64,000 bases of DNA, from the NCBI GenBank assembly GCA_037969565.1, contig JBBKXQ010000008.1:14527-78526 (forward strand), given 5' to 3'. The DNA comes from Acidimicrobiales bacterium (GTDB lineage Bacteria > Actinomycetota > Acidimicrobiia > Acidimicrobiales > SZUA-35). The notes under the pieces were generated by a model. The model did not search any database and was not told the origin of the DNA. It saw only the letters and a program-made list of their open reading frames with translations. A program made the translations under genes and the position numbers. Each line of letters opens with the position of its first letter. The stretch's first letter is position 1. This document shows positions 36,777 through 46,019 of this stretch, piece by piece.

Positions 36777-38039
36777 TCACGCCTCGACCTTCTCGGCCGG
36801 TTGCCGCTTGCCGGCATTCGGCATGGCAGCCCCAATTCCAGGAATGTCACGTCCGGGGAGCAGGCCGTGCCAGTAGAACCACTGGAACATGAGCTTGCCG
36901 AGGTGATTGAGGCGGGATTCCTTGAGCAGCGGCAGGCCGACCGGGCCCGGATAGTGGCCAGGCAGCGGCTCGGTTTCGTAGTTGAAGTCGATGAGTAGCG
37001 CCTTCGAGAAACCGGTTTCGATGAAGCAGTTTGCGTGGCCATCGAACTTGGCGGGCAGTTCGTCGCCGGCCAGAAAGGCCTCGAGATTCTCGACGAGCAC
37101 CTCCCCCTCGAAGTGGGTGACCGAACCGGCTTTCGACGCCGGAACGTCTGCCGCATCACCGAGAACGAAGATGTTGGGAGCGACCGTCGACTGGAGTGTG
37201 GCGTTGTCGGTTGGAATGAATCCGAGTTCGTCGCCCAAACCGGGTGATTCGTTCACGTATGCGGCGCCGCCGTGCAAAGGGATCACGACGGCGAGGTCGT
37301 AGGAAATTTCTCGTCCGTCGAAGCCGATCAGCTTGCGAGCTTCGCCGTCGACCTCGCCCGTGTTGAACTCGGTGACCAGTTTGATGTTCTTCTCATCGAG
37401 AAGGGACGCAAGCGTTGCGGAGGCAGCCGGATTCGTGAACGCACCGTCGAGCGGCGTGACGTACGTGATCGTGATGTCGTCTCTCACACCCCGTTCGGTG
37501 AAGTACCAGTCGGCCAGAAAGGCGAATTCGAGCGGGGCAACCGGGCACTTGATCGGCATGTCGACCACGTTGATCACGAGGTGACCTCGGCGAAACATCT
37601 CGAGCTTCTCGGCCAAGGCCGTGGCCCCTGCCATGTCGTAGAACGTGAAGACCGTTTCCATCCAGCCGGGCCCGGTGAGTCCCTCGGTCTCCTCGGGCTG
37701 CAGCACGGATCCCGTTGCGATGAGGAGGGCGTCGTAGGGGTGGCTGGAACCATCATCCAAGAGCACCTCCTGCGCCTCGATGTCGACGGAGGAGATTCCG
37801 GCTTGGTGATAGTTGATGCCGGATCGCAATTGGCGGTCGCGGGGCCGCACGATCTCCTCGGGGTCGGCCAGTCCGAACGGGACGAAAAGGAGGCCGGGTT
37901 GGTAGATGTGCTGGTTGTCCTGATCGACGATGTCGATCAGGAGATCGTCATTGTCGAAGGTCTTGCGTAGTCGGTTGGCGGCCAGCGTGCCGCCGGTTCC
38001 CGCTCCCAGAATCATCAGCTTCTTCGGCCGAACGGCCAT
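36777..38039 (-). CDS. sqr: Sulfide:quinone oxidoreductase-like FAD-dependent oxidoreductase
   Basis: Starts MAVRPKKLMILGAGTGGT (FAD Rossmann). Candidate redox cysteines in PIKCPVAPLEF and GHANCFIETG. Confidence 0.65.
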   Translation of the reverse strand: MAVRPKKLMILGAGTGGTLAANRLRKTFDNDDLLIDIVDQDNQHIYQPGLLFVPFGLADPEEIVRPRDRQLRSGINYHQAGISSVDIEAQEVLLDDGSSHPYDALLIATGSVLQPEETEGLTGPGWMETVFTFYDMAGATALAEKLEMFRRGHLVINVVDMPIKCPVAPLEFAFLADWYFTERGVRDDITITYVTPLDGAFTNPAASATLASLLDEKNIKLVTEFNTGEVDGEARKLIGFDGREISYDLAVVIPLHGGAAYVNESPGLGDELGFIPTDNATLQSTVAPNIFVLGDAADVPASKAGSVTHFEGEVLVENLEAFLAGDELPAKFDGHANCFIETGFSKALLIDFNYETEPLPGHYPGPVGLPLLKESRLNHLGKLMFQWFYWHGLLPGRDIPGIGAAMPNAGKRQPAEKVEA

Positions 38040-38138
38040 GACTTGCTCCTTGGTGTCAGAGCTCCTCGAGTGGAACTCGTCGTATGGGCGGTGGCCCGTC
38101 CCTTCACCACTGACGCTACGCACCAGAGGCGTGATGGG

Positions 38139-38696
38139 CTAAGGGCTTTCGTCCCAATGCGGGGCGAGCCCAGGCGGATCGGCTGCTTGCGTTCGATTGT
38201 CTGTGCGTTGCCGAAGCTCACTCGCAATCGCTCGAGCCCACTGCCCGATTTGGTCCCATTCCCGAAAGTCGCCGGATGGCGCTCCGACCCATTTGGCAAC
38301 GAAGCGCTCGGTCCGTCCGAGGTCGTCGAGTCGGAGTCGGCCACTGAACAGCCGGTGCTCGATGGCGCCGGTTGTGGTGACGAGCTGTTCGATCACCTCG
38401 GGGTGAACCGGTTCTTCGGGTCGGGCCTCTCCGAGGGGTCCGCTGCTGAAGAGCCAGGTGGGCTTCGAAGTCAGTACGGGGGAGTGTTGGGTCACGAATG
38501 CTGAAGCCGCGGGAAGCCATTCTCCTAGATAGACGGCGCTTCCGATGACGAAACCTTGGTAGTGGCTCAGGTCGTGGATGTCCGCGGGTTGACTCACGTC
38601 GACATCGATGCCCTCACCCCGAAGCGTTGTGGCGATGGCGCGTCCGATCTCGGCGGTGCCGCCGTGTTTGCTGGCTGGGCTGACGAGAACTCGCAT
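38139..38696 (-). CDS. Flavodoxin-domain protein
   Basis: MRVLVSPASKHGGTAEIGRAIA...FVIGSAVYLGEW, a flavodoxin_5/HemG-like pattern. Confidence 0.65.
   Translation of the reverse strand: MRVLVSPASKHGGTAEIGRAIATTLRGEGIDVDVSQPADIHDLSHYQGFVIGSAVYLGEWLPAASAFVTQHSPVLTSKPTWLFSSGPLGEARPEEPVHPEVIEQLVTTTGAIEHRLFSGRLRLDDLGRTERFVAKWVGAPSGDFREWDQIGQWARAIASELRQRTDNRTQAADPPGLAPHWDESP
38142..38155 (-). promoter_or_regulatory. DosR/DevR-like box B4 (minus-strand reading GGGACGAAAGCCCT)
   Basis: About 109 nt upstream of the SQR start. Overlaps the last codons of the flavodoxin-domain gene. Confidence 0.35.
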
Positions 38697-38785
38697 TTTC
38701 GTACTCCCTTGCTGCAGCAGAACTTGTCCGGGCTCTGCCTGTGCTGGTGTTCAACCATTGTCCCCGGACGTGGGTGGGCTGTCCC

Positions 38786-38799
38786 GGGGCGAAGGTCCC
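38786..38799. promoter_or_regulatory. DosR/DevR-like box B5 (GGGGCGAAGGTCCC)
   Basis: Located in the divergent region between the flavodoxin-domain gene (start 38696) and the GNAT gene (start 38928). Confidence 0.35.
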
Positions 38800-38927
38800 A
38801 GCCGGACCAGGCTGGTTTGGGCTGACACGGATCCGCGGACCTCCGACCCTGTTCCAAATCTGCCCCAACTCCGAGGATGGCATCTGTTCGAACGGAGGCC
38901 CCTGACTCGAGTAGGAGGACAGCGAAC

Positions 38928-39863
38928 GTGTCGAAGGATCTTGCGACGACACAACCCGATGAAACACCGAACGAAGCACCGTCGTGTGCGTTGTGCGGGC
39001 CCCCGCTTCCTCTTGAGGGCAATCGGGTCATCCGTATCCGCCACCTCGTGTCCTCGGACGCCGCCGGTCTCAAACGCCTCTACGGTTCGCTCTCGGCCGG
39101 GGATCTCACGCTGAGATTTTTCACCGGAGCGGCGCCGGCAGATTCGTTCTTCGAGCGATGGGCGGGTGTGGCGGAACTCGGAGGGTTCGGATTGGTGGCC
39201 GAGCTCGACGACGTCGGGGAGCACCATCTGATCGGTGACGCCGCCTATACCCCGCTCAGCGACGGAGATGTGGAGCTCGGAATAGCCGTCGACCCTGGCC
39301 ATCGAGGTTGGCTGGGATCGACGCTGCTGTCCGCCCTCCTCGCCCATGCGCACGAACGAGGAGTCAGCAACGTCCAGGCCATCGTGAAAACCGACAACCT
39401 CGCGATGCGAGGACTTGCATCCAAGCGGCCGTGTGCGGTGTTCGGACACCTGGATTGGGACATCGTTCGTCTCACGATGTCGACCGACGGCTCAATACCG
39501 GGCTGGCCACCGAACAAGGTCCGGCCGCGAGTCCTCGTCGAAACGAATCGCACCCGCTGGATGGGGGAGGACCGACTGCGAGAAGCGGGCTTCGACGTGA
39601 TGCTCTGTGCCGGATCAGAACACCCTGACCATCATTGTCCTGTCCAGAACGGGCTGCCCTGCCCGCTCGTGGACGGCGCCGATGCGGTTCTCGTCGACCT
39701 CGATCCCACCTCCGAGCGAACCCGTGAACTGATTGCCGGCGAGCGTGAGCTCCACCCGGCCGTCCCTCTCGTCGAGGGTTTCCGTCGCGCCGACGACGAG
39801 CTGCCCCATCGCAGAGACATTGGCCTCGTTGTCGACGAGATTCAGCGTCTGACCGAAGGCTGA
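38928..39863 (+). CDS. GNAT acetyltransferase with an uncharacterised C-terminal extension
   Basis: GTG 38928 lies 9 nt after AGGAGG. GNAT core is VELGIAVDPGHRGWLGSTLLSALL...NLAMRGLA. The C-terminal ~130 aa carry HPDHHCPVQNGLPCP. Confidence 0.65.
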   Translation: MSKDLATTQPDETPNEAPSCALCGPPLPLEGNRVIRIRHLVSSDAAGLKRLYGSLSAGDLTLRFFTGAAPADSFFERWAGVAELGGFGLVAELDDVGEHHLIGDAAYTPLSDGDVELGIAVDPGHRGWLGSTLLSALLAHAHERGVSNVQAIVKTDNLAMRGLASKRPCAVFGHLDWDIVRLTMSTDGSIPGWPPNKVRPRVLVETNRTRWMGEDRLREAGFDVMLCAGSEHPDHHCPVQNGLPCPLVDGADAVLVDLDPTSERTRELIAGERELHPAVPLVEGFRRADDELPHRRDIGLVVDEIQRLTEG

Positions 39864-40107
39864 GACTTCAGAGCGCGTCGTGCTCGCTTCACCCCATTCC
39901 GGCCGCATTCCCTCGTCTGCTCGTCGAGTGTCCACACCGGTCTGCGTCGCCGGGGCGGGGAAGCCGCTTTTTCCGGATCGACCTCCTGTGGCTCGGACTC
40001 TGGCTGCCACAGCTTTTCCTGTGTTGTCCCCATGGGAGAAGCGTGACAGAACATCAGATCCAGTTACAGGGTCAAATGTCACCCCTGTAATTTGCTTTTT
40101 GGGATCG

Positions 40108-40121
40108 GTGACCTTCTGCTC
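40108..40121 (+). promoter_or_regulatory. DosR/DevR-like box B6 (GTGACCTTCTGCTC)
   Basis: 12/14 identical to box B2. Centre is 42.5 nt upstream of ATG 40157, with AACGAT at -12..-7. Confidence 0.45.
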
Positions 40122-40156
40122 TTGGTCGGTCGCCAGTTCGGGGAAACGATGCATCA

Positions 40157-40603
40157 ATGAAACGGATCATTGTTGGTGTCGACTCTTCGGATGACGCGAA
40201 TCGAGCGCTGCACTGGGCACTCGACAACGCGGGCGAGGGCGACACGATCGTCGCCGCCCATGCGTGGCAGATCTACTCGATTGGTGATCCTGCTACGCCG
40301 CCGTACGACCCAGCCGACTTCGAGGTCGACGCAAGGCGCAGACTCGAAGAACTCGTGGCCGAGGCGGCGGGCCGCGGCGCCGTGGTTGAGATCGAGTTGG
40401 CCGTGCACCACGGCGACCCGGCCAAGACACTCGTCGAGTTGTCGAAAACTGCCGACCTCGTGGTGGTCGGGAGTCGCGGCTTCGGAGGGTTTCGTGACCT
40501 CCTGCTGGGGTCTGTCAGCACGAAGGTCGTGCAGCACTCAGTGTGTCCTGTCGTCGTCGTTCCCGGCCACGGCCGGGAGGGTCGGTCGACCCCGGGCATG
40601 TGA
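40157..40603 (+). CDS. Universal stress protein (UspA family)
   Basis: MKRIIVGVDSSDDA...LVVVGSRGFGGFRDLLLGSVSTKVVQHSVCPVVVVP (ATP-binding G-x2-G-x9-G-S motif). Confidence 0.9.
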   Translation: MKRIIVGVDSSDDANRALHWALDNAGEGDTIVAAHAWQIYSIGDPATPPYDPADFEVDARRRLEELVAEAAGRGAVVEIELAVHHGDPAKTLVELSKTADLVVVGSRGFGGFRDLLLGSVSTKVVQHSVCPVVVVPGHGREGRSTPGM

Positions 40604-40691
40604 GGGTCGTCGAATATGACTTCGGCCCCTGACTCGGATTCGGTCGACCGCATAGTTTCGACTCAGGACCAACTTCGAAAGGAAGCGACTC

Positions 40692-41594
40692 ATGACTGAA
40701 TCAGAATTGGCGCAACGCCACCTGCGACTTTTCGAGGGGAAGACCCTCGATGAGATTCTCGTCCCCGTTGTCGGCACGGACCACTACGAGCGTGGGGCTG
40801 CGCTCGCCACGCGGTTTGCCCACGCCTGGAACCTTCCAATGCGGTTGGTTCATGTTCACCAGCCGGGGGAGCAGGATGCAGCTCAGCTTGCGGTCGCCGA
40901 AACGACGACCCGCAATTTGGCTGCGGCCCATCCCGAAGTCGTCGTCGAGGGGATCGAGATCGAGGGCGGAAACATCGGTCAAACGATTCGTCGAGCCACG
41001 TCCGATGGATCGTTGTTGACGCTGGCTACGAACCATGCGACTCAGTGGGCGGGGAACACCTCGGTTGCCGAGGAGATCACCCGCGCCTCATCGGGTCCGG
41101 TGCTCATGTTCGGACCCAACTGTGACGAGGTCACGGTTGCGGGGACCGTGATCGTTGCGCTCGATGGGTCCAATCGCGCGGAGGAAGCGCTCAGGTATGG
41201 GGCCGGACTGGCGGCCGCACTTGGAGCGATGCTGTGGGTCGTTCAGGTCGTTGACGCCGCGACCGTCCGCCACGTGCAGCATCTGAAGGCCGGGGGCGAG
41301 AAGGTGTCCGAGAGCGCCTACTTGCGGTCGGTCGCCGAACGCCTGGAACACGCCGATCTGAGGGTCGGGTGGGAAATCATTCACGCCGATGATCCCGTTG
41401 TTGCGCTCACCGCGTTCGCTCGTGATCGTTCAGCCGCCCTGATCGTCGCCGCGACCCATGGCGAGTCCGGGTTGCCGAGAACCCTGTTCGGAAGCGTCTG
41501 CATGGGTTTGGTGGAACGAGGGGCCATGCCCGTACTCGTCGTGAAGACGGCCGGCGCTGAAGCAGAACTCGATTCCGAACCATCCGAGGCCTGA
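40692..41594 (+). CDS. Tandem-domain universal stress protein
   Basis: Two USP halves. The second ends in LIVAATHGESGLPRTLFGSVCMGLVERGAMPVLVV. GAAAGGAAG lies upstream of the ATG. Confidence 0.8.
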   Translation: MTESELAQRHLRLFEGKTLDEILVPVVGTDHYERGAALATRFAHAWNLPMRLVHVHQPGEQDAAQLAVAETTTRNLAAAHPEVVVEGIEIEGGNIGQTIRRATSDGSLLTLATNHATQWAGNTSVAEEITRASSGPVLMFGPNCDEVTVAGTVIVALDGSNRAEEALRYGAGLAAALGAMLWVVQVVDAATVRHVQHLKAGGEKVSESAYLRSVAERLEHADLRVGWEIIHADDPVVALTAFARDRSAALIVAATHGESGLPRTLFGSVCMGLVERGAMPVLVVKTAGAEAELDSEPSEA

Positions 41595-41655
41595 GCACCC
41601 AACCGAGAACACAGTCGAGCAGACACCAGTAGAACAAAACCAATAGGAAGGCAAC

Positions 41656-42063
41656 GTGGCAATGATGAGGAACACCGGGCAACCAATGACCGTCGGGGAT
41701 CTGATGAGCGGTGACATCGTTGCCGTCGATGGCCTCGATCCCGTAGAAGCTGTTCGTGAAATTCTTCTCGCATCCGGGCTTCATGCCCTTCCGGTGCTGG
41801 ACGAAGGTGCGAGGGCGATCGGGATCGTGACACTCGCCGATCTCTTCAATGCAGAAGATGAGCAGCAACCAGTCTCCTCGGTGATGGCGCAACCAATTGT
41901 CACCATTGACGTTCAGGCGTCATTGGCCGAGGCGGCTTCCGTGATGAAGAGCGAGTACCTCCATCATCTGATCGTGACTGAAGGACTCGAAACCATCGGG
42001 ATACTCAGCACATTCGATCTGTTGACCGTTTTCGTCGAACCTGCGGCGAACCGGAACAACTGA
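41656..42063 (+). CDS. CBS-pair domain protein
   Basis: MTVGDLMSGDIVAV...LPVLDEGARAIGIVTLADL...HHLIVTEGLETIGILSTFDLL. Confidence 0.8.
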   Translation: MAMMRNTGQPMTVGDLMSGDIVAVDGLDPVEAVREILLASGLHALPVLDEGARAIGIVTLADLFNAEDEQQPVSSVMAQPIVTIDVQASLAEAASVMKSEYLHHLIVTEGLETIGILSTFDLLTVFVEPAANRNN

Positions 42064-42162
42064 GCGAGTCTGTTGTCCGACACCGGGTCGTCTCACACCG
42101 GGTCGTCTGTGCCGTCCGCCACCTCCCGACGGCGCGAGAGCGAACGAACGAACGATGTGGTC

Positions 42163-42176
42163 GGGACCTTGGGCCC
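42163..42176 (+). promoter_or_regulatory. DosR/DevR-like box B7 (GGGACCTTGGGCCC)
   Basis: Centre is 42.5 nt upstream of ATG 42212, with CACGCT at -12..-7. Confidence 0.55.
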
Positions 42177-42211
42177 TGGGGGGCCGACCAGACCACGTCC
42201 ACGCTTGACGC

Positions 42212-43375
42212 ATGACTACTGGAATGGTTCGGCGTGTACTCGTCCCTGTCACCATCGGAAGCGACGAGGATCATCTGATCTTCACCGCAACGGTTCTCGC
42301 TCGATGGTTCGACGCAGCCGTCCAACTCATCGCGAACGACCCAGCCGATCTTCAACACCTACGGATGTTGTCTGAAGGACTTGGGGCGAAATACGAGCCT
42401 CCGATTTTGCTCGAGTCGGCCGACTTCCTTCGGGGTGTGGCCGGTCATGCTGCGCAGGTGGGTCCGTCGGTCACCGTCGTGGGGCTGGATGACGGCGGCG
42501 TCGACCTAGCCGCGATCAACTCACAGCCAACATTCGTCACCGGTGCTCGGGTCGGTCATCGCCTGGAGTCGGGTCCGCTCGTCGTGGAGGTCTCGAGCCG
42601 GGTTCAGCGACTGGATGCTCTTGCAGTGGCGGCCGTCTGGGCCCAGGCACTCGATCTGGGGATCCGAGTCGTTGTGGGCACGGGCGATGTCCGCCGAGAC
42701 GATTTGGCCGCCGCAGTAGGGCGCCTTCGAGAGATGGGGATCGATGTAGGGGTCGACAGTCTCCGAACCCATGGTTTCGACCCACTCGTTCTCGTCGCCA
42801 GAAGTCGTCATTCCACTGCCATCGTTGTCGCCGCCGATCGAGTGACTCGCGAACTCGTCGAACGTGCAGCGCGGGAAGGGCTCTCGGTACTGGTTGCACC
42901 AGTCGATGAGAACTCCGAGCCGTTGCTCCCCGCAGGTTTCGCCGAGAATTCCCCGGGTCACGAGGTTCTCGTGCTCGATGACGAAGAGTGTCTCGCCCGG
43001 CTCGAAGGTGAACGTGTCGGCCGGATCGGCTACATCGATGATGGATGGCCGAACATCGTGCCGGTGAACTTCTCGAACCGGGACGGCGCGATCTTCTTTC
43101 GAAGCCTGGTTGGGGGAAAGCTCTCGGCTGCTCGCCGCCACTCCGTGGTCTGCCTGGAAGTGGACGGCTTCGACGTCGAGTCGAAGTCGGGCTGGAGTGT
43201 GCTTGCCCATGGTGAGCTGGAGGTGATCGACGACCCGATGGTGCTCAAGACGGCCTGGCGGAACGATCCCGCTCCTTGGGTCGAGTCCGAACATTGGCAG
43301 TGGCTCCGACTCGTGCCGATCTCGGTGAGTGGCAGGCTCGTGGCTGCACGCGATGCAGATGCCGGAAGGGACTAA
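42212..43375 (+). CDS. Fusion of a degenerate USP-like region and a PPOX-family domain
   Basis: The N-terminal ~230 aa look USP-like (RRVLVPVTIGSDEDH...) but lack the glycine ATP motif. The C-terminus RVGRIGYIDDGWPNIVPVNF...GWSVLAHG matches the PPOX proteins above. Confidence 0.6.
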   Translation: MTTGMVRRVLVPVTIGSDEDHLIFTATVLARWFDAAVQLIANDPADLQHLRMLSEGLGAKYEPPILLESADFLRGVAGHAAQVGPSVTVVGLDDGGVDLAAINSQPTFVTGARVGHRLESGPLVVEVSSRVQRLDALAVAAVWAQALDLGIRVVVGTGDVRRDDLAAAVGRLREMGIDVGVDSLRTHGFDPLVLVARSRHSTAIVVAADRVTRELVERAAREGLSVLVAPVDENSEPLLPAGFAENSPGHEVLVLDDEECLARLEGERVGRIGYIDDGWPNIVPVNFSNRDGAIFFRSLVGGKLSAARRHSVVCLEVDGFDVESKSGWSVLAHGELEVIDDPMVLKTAWRNDPAPWVESEHWQWLRLVPISVSGRLVAARDADAGRD

Positions 43376-43833
43376 CCGCACGAAGCGAGCAGTTCGACGA
43401 TGCGCCTGGTCACCACCGGAACTGCGTCGGCAACTGCTTCGGTCAAGGTGTCGAATTGCCCACAGCGCTCCACTTCCACGCCGATGACAACGAGTTGTTT
43501 CGGCAGCCGGTCGAGCAGGCGTCCGAGTTCGATCCCCTCGGCAAGGCCCACGCCGTGGCTGGAAAGCAGTGTGTCCTCGGTTGCCAATCGGTGTCGCAAC
43601 GCGTCAGTCTCGACGATGCTGCCTGCGGGTCGTCCGCTCACCATGGCGTCGACGACAACGACGACGTGGTCGGGGCTCCAACGCAAGGCCAGGTCGGATA
43701 GATCTCCCTCCGCGATGTAGGTCTCGACCCATGGTTCGATCATGGGGCGCAAGGTGTCGATCACGATCGGACCGAATCCGTCATCGCCCCGGTCGCGATT
43801 GCCGACGCCGATCACGAGCGGCGGCCGGCTCAT
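43372..43833 (-). CDS. Hydrogenase maturation endopeptidase
   Basis: [19 protein letters not shown] and LVVIGVE motifs. Overlaps the large-subunit stop. Confidence 0.8.
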   Translation of the reverse strand: MSRPPLVIGVGNRDRGDDGFGPIVIDTLRPMIEPWVETYIAEGDLSDLALRWSPDHVVVVVDAMVSGRPAGSIVETDALRHRLATEDTLLSSHGVGLAEGIELGRLLDRLPKQLVVIGVEVERCGQFDTLTEAVADAVPVVTRRIVELLASCG

Positions 43834-45158
43834 GAGATCTCAGCGTCGTCGATCGCATTGTGAATCGCGTCGTCGATCGTCAGCTTCAAGAAGTGGGTCG
43901 AGCAGGAGATGCACGGGTCGTAATTACGGATGGTCTGCTCGCAGCGGAGTTGCAGCTCGTCCAGATCGAGATGAAGGTTCGCAGCCACGAAGCGGCGGAG
44001 ATCGGATTCGATGCACGGCTGGTTCTGGGCCGTCGGAGGAATGATCTGCGCCTCGAGAATCCTTCCGCCGTCGTCGATGCGATACCGATGGTAAAGCAGA
44101 CCGCGCGGTGCTTCGGTTGCGGCCCAACCCTCGCCGGCGCGGGCAGGTACCTCGACGAAAGGTTGCTCGGGCGGAACGTACGCGTTGATCACGCGGAGCG
44201 CCTCCTCGATGGCAAAGAGGGTTTCGAGGCCTCGAACCACGATGCTCTTGAACGGGTTGGTTTCGACCGGCCCCATACCCACCTCTACGGCGAGAGCCTG
44301 CACGTCGGAGGGAAGGAGATCGAAGTTGTTGGCGTACCGGGCGAGTGGGCCCACCTGGTACCAGTGGCCATCACGAAAGCGGGAGTGGAGCGCAGTGGAG
44401 TGAGCAACGTGTTCTTCCACCGAGACCTGCTCGAACTCGCTGGCGTCGATGTCGAGTCCCCGATTCGAAACGATCCGCCCTTCGTTGAACGGGTACTCAT
44501 CAGGGTGTCGAAGCGAGACGAATTCATAGTCGTGTGAGAGTTCGGGGAAGTCGAAACCGGCGGTCCATCGGATGAGGTCGATGCAGATCTCCCTCGCCTC
44601 CTCCAGCTTGGGCACGAGGCTCGTGAGTTCTTGACGAGTCGGTGCTCGGTAGAACCCGCCGAGGCGCACGTTCACCGGGTGGATCGGTCGTCCACCAACG
44701 ACGTCGACCACCGCGTTTCCGGTTTTCTTCAGAGTGAGGACTCGCTCGACCATCTCGGGGTGGTCGGCCGCGATGGCGATTCCGGAGTGGTATCCGAGAA
44801 AGTCAGGGGCATGGAGGAAGCCGATGTGGAGCACATGACTCTCGATCCACTCACCGCAATACAGAAGGCGGCGAAGCTCTCGTATCGAGCCTCCTATGGT
44901 CACCCCGCAAGCTCGCTCGATCGAATGAGCGGCGCTCATCTGGTAGGCAACCGGGCAGATGCCACAGATTCGCGCCGTGATGTCGACCGGTTCGGTGTAG
45001 TCGCGGCCCCGGAGGAGCGCTTCGAAGAAACGGGGTGGCTCATAGATCTCGAGTCGAACGTCGGTCACCTCACCATTGGCAACGGTGACATGCATGGCGC
45101 CTTCGCCCTCGACGCGAGCGAGCACTGGCACGTGGAAGTCCACGTTCTTGTGGGTCAT
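43830..45158 (-). CDS. hyhL: [NiFe]-hydrogenase large subunit, group 3b-like
   Basis: N-terminal [10 protein letters not shown] and C-terminal DPCISCSTH nickel-binding motifs, followed by a removable extension. Confidence 0.85.
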   Translation of the reverse strand: MTHKNVDFHVPVLARVEGEGAMHVTVANGEVTDVRLEIYEPPRFFEALLRGRDYTEPVDITARICGICPVAYQMSAAHSIERACGVTIGGSIRELRRLLYCGEWIESHVLHIGFLHAPDFLGYHSGIAIAADHPEMVERVLTLKKTGNAVVDVVGGRPIHPVNVRLGGFYRAPTRQELTSLVPKLEEAREICIDLIRWTAGFDFPELSHDYEFVSLRHPDEYPFNEGRIVSNRGLDIDASEFEQVSVEEHVAHSTALHSRFRDGHWYQVGPLARYANNFDLLPSDVQALAVEVGMGPVETNPFKSIVVRGLETLFAIEEALRVINAYVPPEQPFVEVPARAGEGWAATEAPRGLLYHRYRIDDGGRILEAQIIPPTAQNQPCIESDLRRFVAANLHLDLDELQLRCEQTIRNYDPCISCSTHFLKLTIDDAIHNAIDDAEIS

Positions 45159-46006
45159 GACGGTTCCCCTCTACCGGTTCTACCGAACGCGACGGCCACC
45201 TCTGTCGGGGACCGCCGGTTCGCTTCGTCTCGGAACGGTTGGGCCCAGCCGTTGTAGCTTCGGAACGTTCGGGCGATCTCGGCGTCATCCATGCCCAGAT
45301 GAGTCAACTGCTGAGCCAGGGACTGGGTGTTCGGGCTTTCCATCGGGCCGAAGCATCCGTAGCAGCCTCGGTTGTAGGCCGGGCAGAGCGCGTTGCATCC
45401 AGACTGGGTCACGGGGCCGAGGCAGGGAGTTCCGTGAGCGACCATGATGCATGGGTTCCCCCTGGACTTGCACTGGACACAAACGCTCGTGGTCGGGATC
45501 CGCGCCGGCCTACCCGCGAGATGCGCTGCGATGACCTCGACGAGTTGACCCCGATCGATGGGGCAACCGCGTAGTTCGAAGTCGACTTCGACGTGGTCTG
45601 CGATCGGGGTGGAGGTTTCGAGGGTCGAGATGAATTCCGGGTGGGCGTACACGATGCCCATGAACTCCTCGATGTTTGCTCCGTTCCGGAGCGCCTGAAT
45701 TCCTCCCGCCGTGGCGCAGGCGCCGATGGTGATCAGTGAGCGTGACTGCCGGCGAATCTCGACGATCCGCTCGCGATCATGTTGAGTCGTGATGGACCCT
45801 TCGACGAGAGAGACGTCGTACGGACCCGTGGCCATCCTGCTCGAGGCTTCGGGGAAGTAGGCAATGTCGAGGCGGCCGGCGACTGCCAGCAAATCGTCTT
45901 CGCAATCGAGAAGGCTCAGCTGGCAGCCATCACAAGACGCGAACTTCCAGACGGCGAGTGTCGGGTTCGGGGGTCGGGACTTCGTTGCGCTTTCGATTCG
46001 TGACAT
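45155..46006 (-). CDS. hyhS: [NiFe]-hydrogenase small (delta) subunit, group 3b-like
   Basis: Starts MSRIESATK; [18 protein letters not shown]...[13 protein letters not shown]. Confidence 0.8.
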   Translation of the reverse strand: MSRIESATKSRPPNPTLAVWKFASCDGCQLSLLDCEDDLLAVAGRLDIAYFPEASSRMATGPYDVSLVEGSITTQHDRERIVEIRRQSRSLITIGACATAGGIQALRNGANIEEFMGIVYAHPEFISTLETSTPIADHVEVDFELRGCPIDRGQLVEVIAAHLAGRPARIPTTSVCVQCKSRGNPCIMVAHGTPCLGPVTQSGCNALCPAYNRGCYGCFGPMESPNTQSLAQQLTHLGMDDAEIARTFRSYNGWAQPFRDEANRRSPTEVAVAFGRTGRGEPS

Positions 46007-46019
46007 GGATGTCGACCTC

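Noticed and set aside
39864-40157. Minus-strand ORF 39615..40157 (180 aa) covering the 293-nt GNAT-USP intergenic region.
   Set aside because: The intergenic part uses many A/T-ending codons (aaa, caa, att, aca, ttt, gta, tct), unlike real genes here. The rest overlaps the GNAT 3-prime end. The region contains the USP promoter box instead.
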